Positions 19,209 to 28,624 of a stretch of 38,093 nucleotides of DNA are shown in pieces (within the stretch, counting starts at the first letter, position 1; the number at the start of each line of letters is the position of its first letter). The DNA is taken from the IMG/VR virus record IMGVR_UViG_3300049201_000004, positions 1 through 38,093 of that record; one strand, 5' to 3'. The notes under the pieces are model-generated. The model saw only the letters and a list, made by a program, of their open reading frames with translations. It made no database searches and was not told the DNA's origin. A program made the translations under genes and the position numbers. The stretch is from a virus (lineage: Duplodnaviria; Caudoviricetes).

Positions 19209-19230
19209 GGGTGGGCCTTCGGGCCCACCC
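19209..19230 (-). terminator. Perfect 9-bp hairpin after the sheath gene (weak terminator or mRNA-stabilising stem)
   Basis: GGGTGGGCC-TTCG-GGCCCACCC on +; on the minus strand followed only by CATTTCC. Confidence 0.5.
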
Positions 19231-19236
19231 AGTTCA

Positions 19237-21171
19237 TCAGCCGAATGCAGCGATGTCGATTTCCGAGAACGAGACACCAGCCTTCGTGATCACCATGTCG
19301 ACAGCGATTTCGTGCACAGCAATCACCGGGGAGATGATGACCGTGACCGTCAGGATGCCGAGGTTGTACTTCGAAGGCGGGTTGTTCGTGTCGTCCGAGA
19401 TCACCTGGAACGCCAGAATACCGCGTGCGTTCTTCCAGTAGTTCAGGTAATCGGTCAGGCTGCCCACGATCTGCTTGCGCAGGAAGTCGTCGTTCGGTTC
19501 GTGCAGCGAGTACAGCAGGTAGTCCTTGACCGCGCCCTTGATCACGTTGATCATGCGACGGACGTTCACCCAGCTGAGTGCCGACTGCTTCGACTGCAGA
19601 GTCACCTGTTCGAACAGCGCGGTGCCCATACCCACGAACTTGCGGATATAGTTGATCTGCGCGTTGAACAGTTGCGTGCGCTGCGGTTCGTTGTACTGAT
19701 AGCGCAGATCGAGGACCTGAACTTGACCACGATTCAGACCAGCCGGAGCGTATTGCGGACCTGCGACACGGTCGGTGCGGGCGTAGATGCCTGCGACCTT
19801 ACCCGAGCACGGAATCAGCAGTCGTTTGCCGTTGAAGTCGTCGTTGACCAGCACGTCGGAGCCGTACAGAGCAGCGTAGGAGCTGTTCGCGTTGAGCACC
19901 AGCTGACGATACGTGATCGCGTCGGTGTAACGCTGCATGCTCGGAGGCAAGTCCAGAACAGCCACCGCATCGCCACGCGACTCGGCCAGCTTGATCATGG
20001 TCTGCTGCACGCCCACGTCGGTATAGCCAGCGTTGATCAGGATGTTGACTTGCGTCGCTTCCGTGTCGCTGAACTCGGTCGTCCACGCTGTCGAGATCTG
20101 TCCGTTGGTCGGAGCCGCGCCCGAGTCACCACCGGTCAGTGCTACCTTCGACGTGTTGGTCAGCGTCGGAGGAGTACCAACGATGAGCGAAGCGTAGCTC
20201 GCCACTTGGATCAGGTCCGAGTACGGATTGATGCGCTGCACCGCTTCCAGCTGCACGCCGTTGCCGTCCACGCTGTCGAGCAACGTGCAGTTCCAGGTTT
20301 CGGCAGCGACACTCGGATTGACCGTCATGTCGAACACTTGCACGATGAACTCGAGGTCCTTCGGAGGCAGATCGGCCGGGCTCGTGATCGGATTGCGCGT
20401 GGTGTCAGGAGTGACGACGCCGGTATCGATGAACGAGTTGATCGTAGCACCTACCGTCGCCATGAACTTCTGGCCGGTTGCACCCCGACCATAGATGTTG
20501 TAGCCGCGAGCACCTTCGACCAGAGGCCACGTCATGGAGACAGAGCCGATGGTCGTAGATGCCAGAGTGACAGTTGCGATTGCCGAGGCGAGAGTTTCAC
20601 CGTTGGCGCTGATGGCGCTGATCACGTAGCCGTAGGTGCCTGCCGCCAGAATACCACCCGTTGCCACGCCGGTGAGGGTCGGAGCTGCCGGAGTTGCGAT
20701 GTTCTGCGAGGTGACGCGCACTTGAATGTTGTCGCCGTACGAACCGGGACCACTCTTCGGGAAGAACACCAGCAGAGGAATTTCACCGCCGGTGACTAGT
20801 GCGTCCCAGTCGACGTTGTCCGGATCCACGATACCGCCGGAGATGCTCGAGATGGAGCTGACACCGGAACCGTCGTCCTTGAGCAAGGCGGCGCTGTACT
20901 TGTAGCCTGCGCCAGCGACGCGAACGCAGTCCAGCGAGCTGCCATCGTCGAAGAAGTCGTGGGCCACATAGTGACCGAAGGAAATGGCCGCGTCACGTTC
21001 GCCGTATTCGGCAACGAAATCGGTCCAGGTCGTCACGTTGAAGCGGCCGAGACGACCCTTCTTGCTGACGAACACCAGCGCGCCGTTGGCAGAGCTGCGA
21101 TTCCGGATCGACTGGGACAAGTCGATTTCACGGAAGCGAACGTCTGCACTTTGTTGGTAAAGACCAGTCAT
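19237..21171 (-). CDS. Tail sheath protein (644 aa)
   Basis: VRFREIDLS, RGDAVAVLD, YAPAGLNRG, SALSWVNVRR and EPND motifs of contractile sheaths. Confidence 0.95.
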   Translation of the reverse strand: MTGLYQQSADVRFREIDLSQSIRNRSSANGALVFVSKKGRLGRFNVTTWTDFVAEYGERDAAISFGHYVAHDFFDDGSSLDCVRVAGAGYKYSAALLKDDGSGVSSISSISGGIVDPDNVDWDALVTGGEIPLLVFFPKSGPGSYGDNIQVRVTSQNIATPAAPTLTGVATGGILAAGTYGYVISAISANGETLASAIATVTLASTTIGSVSMTWPLVEGARGYNIYGRGATGQKFMATVGATINSFIDTGVVTPDTTRNPITSPADLPPKDLEFIVQVFDMTVNPSVAAETWNCTLLDSVDGNGVQLEAVQRINPYSDLIQVASYASLIVGTPPTLTNTSKVALTGGDSGAAPTNGQISTAWTTEFSDTEATQVNILINAGYTDVGVQQTMIKLAESRGDAVAVLDLPPSMQRYTDAITYRQLVLNANSSYAALYGSDVLVNDDFNGKRLLIPCSGKVAGIYARTDRVAGPQYAPAGLNRGQVQVLDLRYQYNEPQRTQLFNAQINYIRKFVGMGTALFEQVTLQSKQSALSWVNVRRMINVIKGAVKDYLLYSLHEPNDDFLRKQIVGSLTDYLNYWKNARGILAFQVISDDTNNPPSKYNLGILTVTVIISPVIAVHEIAVDMVITKAGVSFSEIDIAAFG

Positions 21172-21223
21172 GTACTTTCTCCTATGAGTGTGCGTATGTC
21201 AGTCGAGGTAGGCCGGTCTGGTC

Positions 21224-21496
21224 CTATTTGATCGACTGCGTGAGGGACACGGAGCTCGTACCGGAGGTCTCGCCGCTCGTGGACTTGGGAACAGCTTCGG
21301 TCTTGGCAGTGGGAGCCACGACGTCGGCGACGACCTTGGTGTAGCTGGCGTACAGCTTTTCCTTGGCCGGGTTGATCTTGGCACCCGGAGGCAGGGTCAC
21401 ACGACCGCGCGGCTGGATGTTGACAGAGTCGATGGTGCCGTTTGCCAGCATGATTTCGATGGTAACGAGTTCGCGAAGGCTATTCAAGACTTTCAT
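21224..21496 (-). CDS. Small hypothetical protein preceding the sheath (90 aa)
   Basis: AGGA RBS, typical codon usage, fits the gene run. Confidence 0.7.
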   Translation of the reverse strand: MKVLNSLRELVTIEIMLANGTIDSVNIQPRGRVTLPPGAKINPAKEKLYASYTKVVADVVAPTAKTEAVPKSTSGETSGTSSVSLTQSIK

Positions 21497-21544
21497 GACG
21501 GTTCCTGTATGTGTTTGGAAGGTAGGTTTGCGTGCGACACCGGC

Positions 21545-21910
21545 TTACACCTGAATGATGCGCATCTGGATGTCGCGCGTGCCCGGATTGGTGACGGACA
21601 GTTCTTTGATGTTCGTGGTCATGACCCACACGCTCGCGACCGGGAAGGTGTCGGGTTCGTTGTCAGCAATCTTCACAGTGAACGTTAGCGGCCCGCCCGT
21701 GCACTTGATTATGGTGGCCTTGTTGTTGTCCACGCAATCGATGACGATTGGGGTAACGAGGCCAGTTTTCACCAGCAGACTCCGATCGTTCAACACGCCG
21801 TCGGTGGACTGAGTGTTGGTTGCCAAGGTCAATACGGATCGTCGAATGTTGTTGTCGGCGATGAACGTATTGATCTCGAACAGGAGCGCCTTGTTATTAA
21901 GACTAGGCAT
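21545..21910 (-). CDS. Hypothetical beta-rich virion protein (121 aa)
   Basis: GGAGGA RBS before ATG 21910; downstream of a TAATTTGATAT motif. Confidence 0.7.
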   Translation of the reverse strand: MPSLNNKALLFEINTFIADNNIRRSVLTLATNTQSTDGVLNDRSLLVKTGLVTPIVIDCVDNNKATIIKCTGGPLTFTVKIADNEPDTFPVASVWVMTTNIKELSVTNPGTRDIQMRIIQV

Positions 21911-21985
21911 CAAGTTCCTCCAGCATTGAACAGGTGACAGATGACTGTCAGTGGTTGACTACGGGCCAAAGGCCTTGAATGATTC

Positions 21986-21996
21986 ATATCAAATTA
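21986..21996 (-). promoter_or_regulatory. Candidate late promoter motif TAATTTGATAT (second copy)
   Basis: Identical to 5520-5530; intergenic, heading the sheath/tube gene run. Confidence 0.5.
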
Positions 21997-22067
21997 ACTT
22001 ATCAAGTTGGAAGGGCTGTGACTGGATGAGGATCATGCTGATCCTGTTTAGGTCTTAGAGCATTAAT

Positions 22068-23567
22068 TCAACCAGCCTGAGCTCCTTTCAGAATAGCGAT
22101 CTCCGCTTGCAACGACAACACTAGGGCCTTCAGTTCCTTCACAGCTGCGAGGGATAGCAAGCCAGAGCTATCAGAGGCAATCACAAGTCGATCAGGCAAT
22201 TCTTCAGTACCTGAAACGGTGACACCTTCGGGCATTGCCATCTGCATCTGCTGAGCAGGTACTCCTACATAACGAGTCGGATGTGAGGGTCCGTCCATCG
22301 AGGCCGGTTCGTCAATACGCTCAAACGTCAAGACCTCAATGAGATCGATACGATCCAATGCGTTAAGCAACGGTTCGAAATTGGTCTTGAGGCGAACATC
22401 GGAAACCACATCCCAAGCTACTGGAGCTTGAGCCCGACCAGAGTTCGGGAAGGTGTAGTTGGAAGTGCCGTTGACCTGTATCTGCCATTGAGCGTAGTTG
22501 CCTGGGAAGTGCTGATAGCTCAAGATGCCAGTTGATCCTTGAACAACCGTGACGCAGAAGTTGTTGTAATAGACAGAACCAGATAGACCGGCGCTGCTAT
22601 TGGTGATGGTTGTGCCAACACTGCCTGCGACTGATACTGTCGAAAAGTTGCCACTCTGACTGCACACTAGCACACCTGGGATAGTGACGAGACCATCACT
22701 ACGACGAATGGAAAAGGCACTACCGTTATACGCACCTGCATCCGAGAATCGATTGATCGCAAAGTTCGCTCCTGCATTCGACCCCGATTCAGTCTCGTTG
22801 CTCATAAGAACAATCTGCCATCTCGGGGAAGCAGAACGATACCCGGTAATGTTCGTTGCCGAACCCGCAGCTGCAGTCTGCTGGAAGTTCGAATCACCAC
22901 TAGTAGCGGCTACTGTGAGAGAGGCCGAGGCCTTGTTGATCGACAGATTGCCGGTCATTATGTCGCCGCCGATGTTCACTGCGCCTAGAGCCGTGCGTGC
23001 ATCTGCAGCTGTAGTTCCTCCGGTTCCTCCATTCGCAACGGGTAAGGCTCCAGACACATCAGACGTCAGAGACACTTTTCCCCACGAAGGAGAACCACCA
23101 ACTCCCCCAGAATGCAAGACGTTCCCAGTAGCGATGCTCGCTAGCTTGCTCAAGACTGAACCAGAGCTAGCGTACAGTATGTCGCCTACCGTGTAGGTTG
23201 TCTGTCCAGTGCCTCCCTTCGCAGCAGGAAGCGACCCTGTCATGGCTGCATCCGCCAGATTGACGGATGTCACAGGAATGCTGATGTTGGCACTACCATT
23301 GAAGCTAGTAGCCGTGCCTGTGATCGCACCGGATAGTGCAATTGTGCGAGGTGTTTGCAACGTCGTTGCTGTGCTCGCGTTTCCTGTGAGTGGACCGACG
23401 AACGAGGAGCTGGTGGTAGTATCTGTGAAAGTCTTGGCGCCCGCTATTGACTGAGCGCCAGTGGTCCTGACGATGGTAGTATCTGAAGTCGTCTGTCCGT
23501 CGAGGTCTGTTTTGCGGACAACATCGGAGGGTGCGGAAGGTGCGGAGCCAAGAAATCTCTTTGCCAT
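22068..23567 (-). CDS. Fibre protein with C-terminal intramolecular chaperone (Peptidase S74-type)
   Basis: GNASTAT.LQTPRTI and LP.A.GGTG fibre repeats; SDVRLKTN cleavage motif, GVPAQ and a terminal coiled coil. Confidence 0.85.
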   Translation of the reverse strand: MAKRFLGSAPSAPSDVVRKTDLDGQTTSDTTIVRTTGAQSIAGAKTFTDTTTSSSFVGPLTGNASTATTLQTPRTIALSGAITGTATSFNGSANISIPVTSVNLADAAMTGSLPAAKGGTGQTTYTVGDILYASSGSVLSKLASIATGNVLHSGGVGGSPSWGKVSLTSDVSGALPVANGGTGGTTAADARTALGAVNIGGDIMTGNLSINKASASLTVAATSGDSNFQQTAAAGSATNITGYRSASPRWQIVLMSNETESGSNAGANFAINRFSDAGAYNGSAFSIRRSDGLVTIPGVLVCSQSGNFSTVSVAGSVGTTITNSSAGLSGSVYYNNFCVTVVQGSTGILSYQHFPGNYAQWQIQVNGTSNYTFPNSGRAQAPVAWDVVSDVRLKTNFEPLLNALDRIDLIEVLTFERIDEPASMDGPSHPTRYVGVPAQQMQMAMPEGVTVSGTEELPDRLVIASDSSGLLSLAAVKELKALVLSLQAEIAILKGAQAG

Positions 23568-23579
23568 TTAGGCCTCCGT

Positions 23580-24560
23580 TTAACCGATGACCGTCACTCG
23601 ATACTGGTTGGAGGTAGGAGCCACTGCGAATCCGAGGGTGACTTGCGTGGTGCTGGAGCTCACGATATCGGCTTCTACATGGGAGTCATCCGAGTTGTCG
23701 CGGATGGTAACGCTCACGTCCTTGGTGCCGAGACTGTGAGTCACTGCGATGCTGGTGGCACTGCCATCCCCGATGCTGATGCTGAACTTGCGAGCCACGA
23801 CAGCAGTGTCTACGGAGATCACGTTGCCCGTGATGTCAATGCCGTTGCCTTCGCTGTAGCTGGAGCCTGCACCGAACTGCGTGAACGTGATAGCCGTAGA
23901 TCCGACCGTGATGGTGCCCGTGTTGCTGACACGCCATTGCGTACCAGCCCACGTGGAGCCTTCTTCTACGAACACCGAAGCCGAGGAGCTCAGGGTCGTG
24001 CCATCAGCTGCATCGGCAGTGCGAGTCCATGCGCCGCTGGCTGCCAGATAGAAGCCGTTCTGAGTGCCATCCGTCTGATCCTTGACCAGAACGCGTTGAC
24101 CAGCCGTCAGCGATATGCCGTCGACAGTCTGCAGGCCACTCAACGTGATGTTGGCCGTGGTAGCCGCACGCACCGAGTCTTTCCAGTCGGTGTTGTTCTT
24201 GACGGCATTCAGCTGGTTCAGGTTGATCGCGTCGGTGCCCAGTGTGCCGGGCAACAGATTCGTGATCTTCTGCGAGTTGACATTCACGCTCGCAGTAGGC
24301 AGTGCGAACTCATCTAGACGATAGGCCTTGACGACAGTCGCCAGATCGCTGATGGTGCTGGCAGTCTGCGTACCGGTGTGCTGTGCGCGTGCAGTCGGAT
24401 CGACGAAAGCCGTTCCGTTGTGGTACATGAGCTTGTGCGCTACAGAGTTCATGTACAGACTGCCCTCGCTACCTGTCGGATCGGTAGCGAGGTTCTGGAG
24501 ACGGAACTTGAACGACTCCAGATTGCCGAAGTCGTAGTTAACAAGAATCTTCTTGGTCAT
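23580..24560 (-). CDS. Fibre/whisker-type structural protein (326 aa)
   Basis: WKDSVRAATTANITLSGLQTVDG...RVLVKDQT...NGFY motif common in phage fibre proteins; C-terminal VTHSLG domain. Confidence 0.8.
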   Translation of the reverse strand: MTKKILVNYDFGNLESFKFRLQNLATDPTGSEGSLYMNSVAHKLMYHNGTAFVDPTARAQHTGTQTASTISDLATVVKAYRLDEFALPTASVNVNSQKITNLLPGTLGTDAINLNQLNAVKNNTDWKDSVRAATTANITLSGLQTVDGISLTAGQRVLVKDQTDGTQNGFYLAASGAWTRTADAADGTTLSSSASVFVEEGSTWAGTQWRVSNTGTITVGSTAITFTQFGAGSSYSEGNGIDITGNVISVDTAVVARKFSISIGDGSATSIAVTHSLGTKDVSVTIRDNSDDSHVEADIVSSSTTQVTLGFAVAPTSNQYRVTVIG

Positions 24561-24568
24561 GTCAGTCC

Positions 24569-24787
24569 TCAGTTGAAAAAGGCCTTACCACTGAAGGCCC
24601 CCACGAACGTAAGGACCACAGTAGAAGTGTTGAGGTAGTGGGTATCGCCCTCCACTTCATCCCCGTTCGAGTCTACGACTTCGACGCTCGGGAATTTGTT
24701 GAGATTGTGTGCCACAACCCATTCAGCACTGGGTAGTGCTTGCACGAACACGAAGTTCGCGTCTGGAGGTCCTACTGTGTCTGACAC
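24569..24787 (-). CDS. Stand-alone 72-aa 'HNLNKFPSV' beta domain protein
   Basis: GTG start with GAGG RBS; clearly paralogous to the C-terminus of the upstream gene. Confidence 0.8.
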   Translation of the reverse strand: MSDTVGPPDANFVFVQALPSAEWVVAHNLNKFPSVEVVDSNGDEVEGDTHYLNTSTVVLTFVGAFSGKAFFN

Positions 24788-24796
24788 AAGCTAACC

Positions 24797-25705
24797 TCAG
24801 TTCAGGAAAGCCTTGCCAGTGAACATCTGACCGAACGTTACGATCACGCTGTTCAGGCTCGGGTAGTTGACGGTAGCCTCCACCAAGTTGCCGAACTGAT
24901 CTACCACTGTCACGCTGGGAAATTTGTTGAGGTTATGCGTGATATGCCACACGGTCGAGGGGTCGTTCCGGACATACACGAAGTTGGCGTCGCCTTCGTA
25001 GACAGGGGGATTGTCCCCTCCGGTGCAGGTGCCACATTGAGCAGAGGGCCAGTGCTTCGAGAAGATAGAGACAGTCGCACCCTTGCGTCCCTGCTCCTCC
25101 AGCATGCTGATCTGATACTCCAAGCCAGTCACCGCTTGACTGGTCTTGATCTGTTCGCCCATCCATCCGTTAGATCGCATGTTCGTCACCATCTGGTACT
25201 CTTTGACCTCGGTGGTGCCGCCTTCGCGATTGGGCGTTGTGATGTTGCGATCCATGGAGACGTTGACGTCGAGACCGCCGACACCATATTCGATGGTGAC
25301 GTTCAGAGAGTTGCGGACTGCGTTCAGTAGCCACGTCCGGACCAGAGTGCTGACCTCCTTGAAGCTCTGCACATAGAAGGTGACTTCATACGTGGTGGTG
25401 ACGGGCGTCAGGTTCAGCTGGTAGGCCAGCACGTAGTCGTCACTGGAACGACTGCGCAGACCACGACGCAACATGGTGTTCGGCTTGTAGGAGTTCTCTG
25501 TGATCTCCCAATTGGAGGTTCGCGCGTGAGCGAACGGATACTGCGGAAAGCCTTTCTTCTGCAGCATCTGGGCCGCGACGGTTTTCACGTCGGGTCCATT
25601 GTAAAACAACAACGGGACTCCGAACACCTTAAAAAAGCGTTCCGCGAGTCCCGAAAGGATAAGGCCTTCGATAGGCGTCAGAGTGTTGTCCATGGCGTTC
25701 TTCAT
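24797..25705 (-). CDS. Probable neck / tail-completion protein with appended HNL domain
   Basis: Between head and tail genes; YPF...P.T..YEVTFY pattern resembles tail terminators. Alternative start at 25693. Confidence 0.55.
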   Translation of the reverse strand: MKNAMDNTLTPIEGLILSGLAERFFKVFGVPLLFYNGPDVKTVAAQMLQKKGFPQYPFAHARTSNWEITENSYKPNTMLRRGLRSRSSDDYVLAYQLNLTPVTTTYEVTFYVQSFKEVSTLVRTWLLNAVRNSLNVTIEYGVGGLDVNVSMDRNITTPNREGGTTEVKEYQMVTNMRSNGWMGEQIKTSQAVTGLEYQISMLEEQGRKGATVSIFSKHWPSAQCGTCTGGDNPPVYEGDANFVYVRNDPSTVWHITHNLNKFPSVTVVDQFGNLVEATVNYPSLNSVIVTFGQMFTGKAFLN

Positions 25706-25709
25706 GTAG

Positions 25710-25737
25710 AAGACCGACCCCTTTCGGAGCCGGTCTT
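25710..25737 (-). terminator. 12-bp GNRA-loop hairpin (terminator-like or translational control)
   Basis: Minus strand AAGACCGGCTCC-GAAA-GGGGTCGGTCTT; short U tract; ends 4 nt before ATG 25705. Confidence 0.45.
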
Positions 25738-25765
25738 TGGGCCAACTATCTCCTCTGGAGAGACG

Positions 25766-26629
25766 TTACTTCTTCGGGCGAGTAGCAACGCGAGCTGCTT
25801 GGATCACAGGACTCATGCGCTGGAGCGCCGCGAGGTTGTGGTTCACTCGCGTCATCTTCTCGATGCGAGCCTTTTCCTCTGGGGAGGCTTGGGCCAGCTT
25901 GAGGGCTTTCGCCTTCTTCGCCTGAATCAGCTGCTTCTTGCGCGCTGCCAGAGCAGCCGTGCGCGCTTTGCTGACAACGGTGGTGTCTTCAGCCTTCGGC
26001 ACCGGGGGCGGCGTCGGGGCTTCTTCACCTTCGGGCAGTTCTTCCGGGTCGCACGGGGTCGGAGGACGCGTGTCCAGATCACCTTCACCGGTCGTATTGG
26101 CTTCTTCGCTACCGAAGTCGTCGCCGCCAAAGTCTTCGTCGGACAGGTCGCTCAGGTCGGCCAGATCCGTGAAGTCCATGTCGTCGAACGTGGCTTCTTC
26201 GGTGTCTTCGGTGGGACTCGTGTCCAGGTCCGAAGCGTCGTCGTTGCCGACGTCGAGATCCGATTCGCCTTGGCCGTTGTCTTCACCAGCGGTTTCGGGC
26301 ATTTCCAGAACGTCGTCCAGATCGGCTTCTTCAGCCGACATGTCGTCGATCAGCGAGTTGAAGATGTCAGAGTCGTTGGCCGTGGTGGCCTTACGCTTGA
26401 CGACCGGCGCACTCGCCGGCTTTGCAACCTTGGGCTTCAGACCGGCTGCTTCTGCTTGCTCACGCTTTGCATTCTCGCCGTTCAGTTGGTCCAGGGCCGC
26501 CAGAGTCTTCTTGAGGTCCTTCTGTTTCAGAGCCTTGGCGAAGTACTTCGCCGACTCTTGCATCTTTCCCTTGAGCGCGAGCTGTTGGGAAGCGATGAGA
26601 AGGTCAAGGGATTTCGAGTAGTGTTTCAT
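25766..26629 (-). CDS. Basic-acidic-basic low-complexity protein, possible internal head protein (287 aa)
   Basis: TAAGGA RBS before ATG 26629 (MKHYSK); Lys/Ala-rich ends and Asp/Glu-rich middle; follows the capsid gene. Confidence 0.7.
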   Translation of the reverse strand: MKHYSKSLDLLIASQQLALKGKMQESAKYFAKALKQKDLKKTLAALDQLNGENAKREQAEAAGLKPKVAKPASAPVVKRKATTANDSDIFNSLIDDMSAEEADLDDVLEMPETAGEDNGQGESDLDVGNDDASDLDTSPTEDTEEATFDDMDFTDLADLSDLSDEDFGGDDFGSEEANTTGEGDLDTRPPTPCDPEELPEGEEAPTPPPVPKAEDTTVVSKARTAALAARKKQLIQAKKAKALKLAQASPEEKARIEKMTRVNHNLAALQRMSPVIQAARVATRPKK

Positions 26630-26753
26630 AGTCAGTTGTTCCTTAAGACTAATGGCGCCGTTCGCCACATGCTAACCTGACGAGAAGCCCCTCGCGCAAA
26701 GGACTCCAAGAAAGGCCTCTACAGCAGTAGAGACTCGGCATGAGACGAAAGCT

Positions 26754-26794
26754 AAAAGAAAGGGGAGGCTCCTTTTGAGAGGCTCCCCTTTCTT
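26754..26794 (-). terminator. Intrinsic terminator after the major capsid gene
   Basis: Minus strand AAGAAAGGGGAG...CTCCCCTTTCTTTT. Confidence 0.8.
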
Positions 26795-26840
26795 GTGGTC
26801 TTTGGTGGACACGACCTGAGGTTTCCCTCAGGCCCTGCTA

Positions 26841-27893
26841 TCAGCTACGGATACCCTTGGCCACCGAGCGGGTGTTGGCGATGACCATGGAGTACGACTC
26901 CGTCATCCACCAGCCGCGACCAGCGACCTTCTCGGTAGCGCCGGTGATCACTTCGGTTTCGATGCCGCCGCGATCGGTGTACTGACCGTGCGTGACCGGA
27001 TCCGAGATCGCGTAGAACTCGCCTTGCGACAGCACGCGGTGTTCCGGATGGCGATACGCATCGCTGGTGATGGTCATGCCGTACAGCACAGCCAGTTCAC
27101 CGGTCATGATGAGCTCGTGGCGAGCCACGGGTTCGATGGCCTGAATGAACGAGGCGTCGCCGACGATGTCGTTGTACAGGTCCGACGCGATGAGCAGCTG
27201 GGGAACCGGGAGGTTCCAGCGTGCCACGTTGGTGTGCACTTCCATCAGGGTCAGCGGGGTCAGGGTGCCCGAGATGATGGTCAGGTCGTTGTCGAGGCCG
27301 ACGGTTTCGTTGGCACCGTTGATCCACAGGCGGTCTTCACCGACCATGATGGATTCGAGGGCTTCCGAATACTTCTCGTCCAGGACGTCCGAAGCGGAAG
27401 TGTTCAGCTCGCGCTGATCGACGAAGGGACGTGCTTCCAGAATGACTTCCGGCGGCATGAACAGCTTGTCGCGGATCACTTGCGTTTCGGTCTTGGTGGC
27501 GCTCGTCGCATACGTGGCAACCACGTCCTTGCGGCGGAGCTTCACGGTCGGGAACTGGCCGGGGACCAGATCTTGACGCGCGAGGAACTTCCGCGAGAAA
27601 CCACGGCGGTTCTGTGCTTGGTACAGGTCTTGTGCCATGACCTCGCCCAGTTCCTTGTGGACGGCGGGGTTGTTGAACATGGCTTGCACCAGCGCCTTGT
27701 TGCGCAGAGCACGTTCCATCTTCTCGCTGGTGGTCACTTCACCGCGAGCGGTGGCGGCCACGAGCTTGAGTTGCTGCGACAGGAGGTCGCGCTTCGAGCT
27801 GGCGTTCACTTCGCCGTTGTGACCGACGAAGCGCTCGATGCTACCGGGCGAGCGGTAGTCGGATGCCACGACGATGTTGGACTTGGTTTTCAT
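26841..27893 (-). CDS. Major capsid protein (350 aa, HK97-fold likely)
   Basis: Size, strongly biased codons, scaffold-decoration-capsid-terminator order; ED-x-L-W backbone helix and G-x-L-x-x-L-Y-G motif. Confidence 0.85.
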   Translation of the reverse strand: MKTKSNIVVASDYRSPGSIERFVGHNGEVNASSKRDLLSQQLKLVAATARGEVTTSEKMERALRNKALVQAMFNNPAVHKELGEVMAQDLYQAQNRRGFSRKFLARQDLVPGQFPTVKLRRKDVVATYATSATKTETQVIRDKLFMPPEVILEARPFVDQRELNTSASDVLDEKYSEALESIMVGEDRLWINGANETVGLDNDLTIISGTLTPLTLMEVHTNVARWNLPVPQLLIASDLYNDIVGDASFIQAIEPVARHELIMTGELAVLYGMTITSDAYRHPEHRVLSQGEFYAISDPVTHGQYTDRGGIETEVITGATEKVAGRGWWMTESYSMVIANTRSVAKGIRS

Positions 27894-27938
27894 GAGTTGA
27901 ATTCTCCGTGTGTGTTGGTTGTGCCGTCAGGGCGCCGA

Positions 27939-28613
27939 TCAGGCAGCTGCGAGCAGGATACCCAGGAAGGGCGAAGCGGTGTTCGGCACTTGGATGACCG
28001 TTGCGGGGATCACGACACCCGAGCCGCCGATGGTCAGTTGACCGTTGGCACCCGTGGAGATCGCGACGGGAGCAGCGCTCCAGTTGACGGCGCTGTCGAA
28101 CTGGTCGGTGTAGACGGCACCGCTCTTCAGCAGACCGACTTGACCGAACGTGGTGCCAGCGGCGCCGCCCGGATAGACGTCACCTTGGATGGCGCGAGCT
28201 TCGAACGCGGTGGGCACGAACTTGTAGGTCACACGGATGGTGTGACCGACAGAGCCTGCGTCCAGCGTGATGGTCTTGCCCGACACGGTCCAGTCGGTCG
28301 TCACCACGAGGGGAACGCCGTCGGTCACGTCGAACACGCCGATGGTGCCGCTGATCGGGGTGCGAGCCAGCACGATGGTGTTTGCCACCGGCTGAACGCG
28401 CTCTTCGACCTTGGGCACAGCGGTCAGCGGGAACTCTTGCGAGATCGAGATGCCGAGGAACTTGTCGGTGTTGGCACCTGCGGAGGGCTTGCCGCCGAAG
28501 ACGCCGCCGGTGTTGTCGGCAACGATGGCCAGACCTTCGGCGAGGATGGATGCGCCCACAGCGATCGGCACTTCATGGGAGATCGCCACGCGGGTTTTGG
28601 GGAAGTACAGCAT
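27939..28613 (-). CDS. Head decoration / minor capsid protein (224 aa)
   Basis: Directly upstream of the capsid gene; small-residue beta-rich sequence with KFLGIS and G..GQLT; TAAGGAG RBS. Confidence 0.65.
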   Translation of the reverse strand: MLYFPKTRVAISHEVPIAVGASILAEGLAIVADNTGGVFGGKPSAGANTDKFLGISISQEFPLTAVPKVEERVQPVANTIVLARTPISGTIGVFDVTDGVPLVVTTDWTVSGKTITLDAGSVGHTIRVTYKFVPTAFEARAIQGDVYPGGAAGTTFGQVGLLKSGAVYTDQFDSAVNWSAAPVAISTGANGQLTIGGSGVVIPATVIQVPNTASPFLGILLAAA

Positions 28614-28624
28614 TGAGTTGCTCC

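Noticed and set aside
6264-21171. Cluster as a bacterial eCIS, tailocin or T6SS locus
   Set aside because: Linked to capsid genes and phage-like small genes; no host genes, TssJLM or ClpV.
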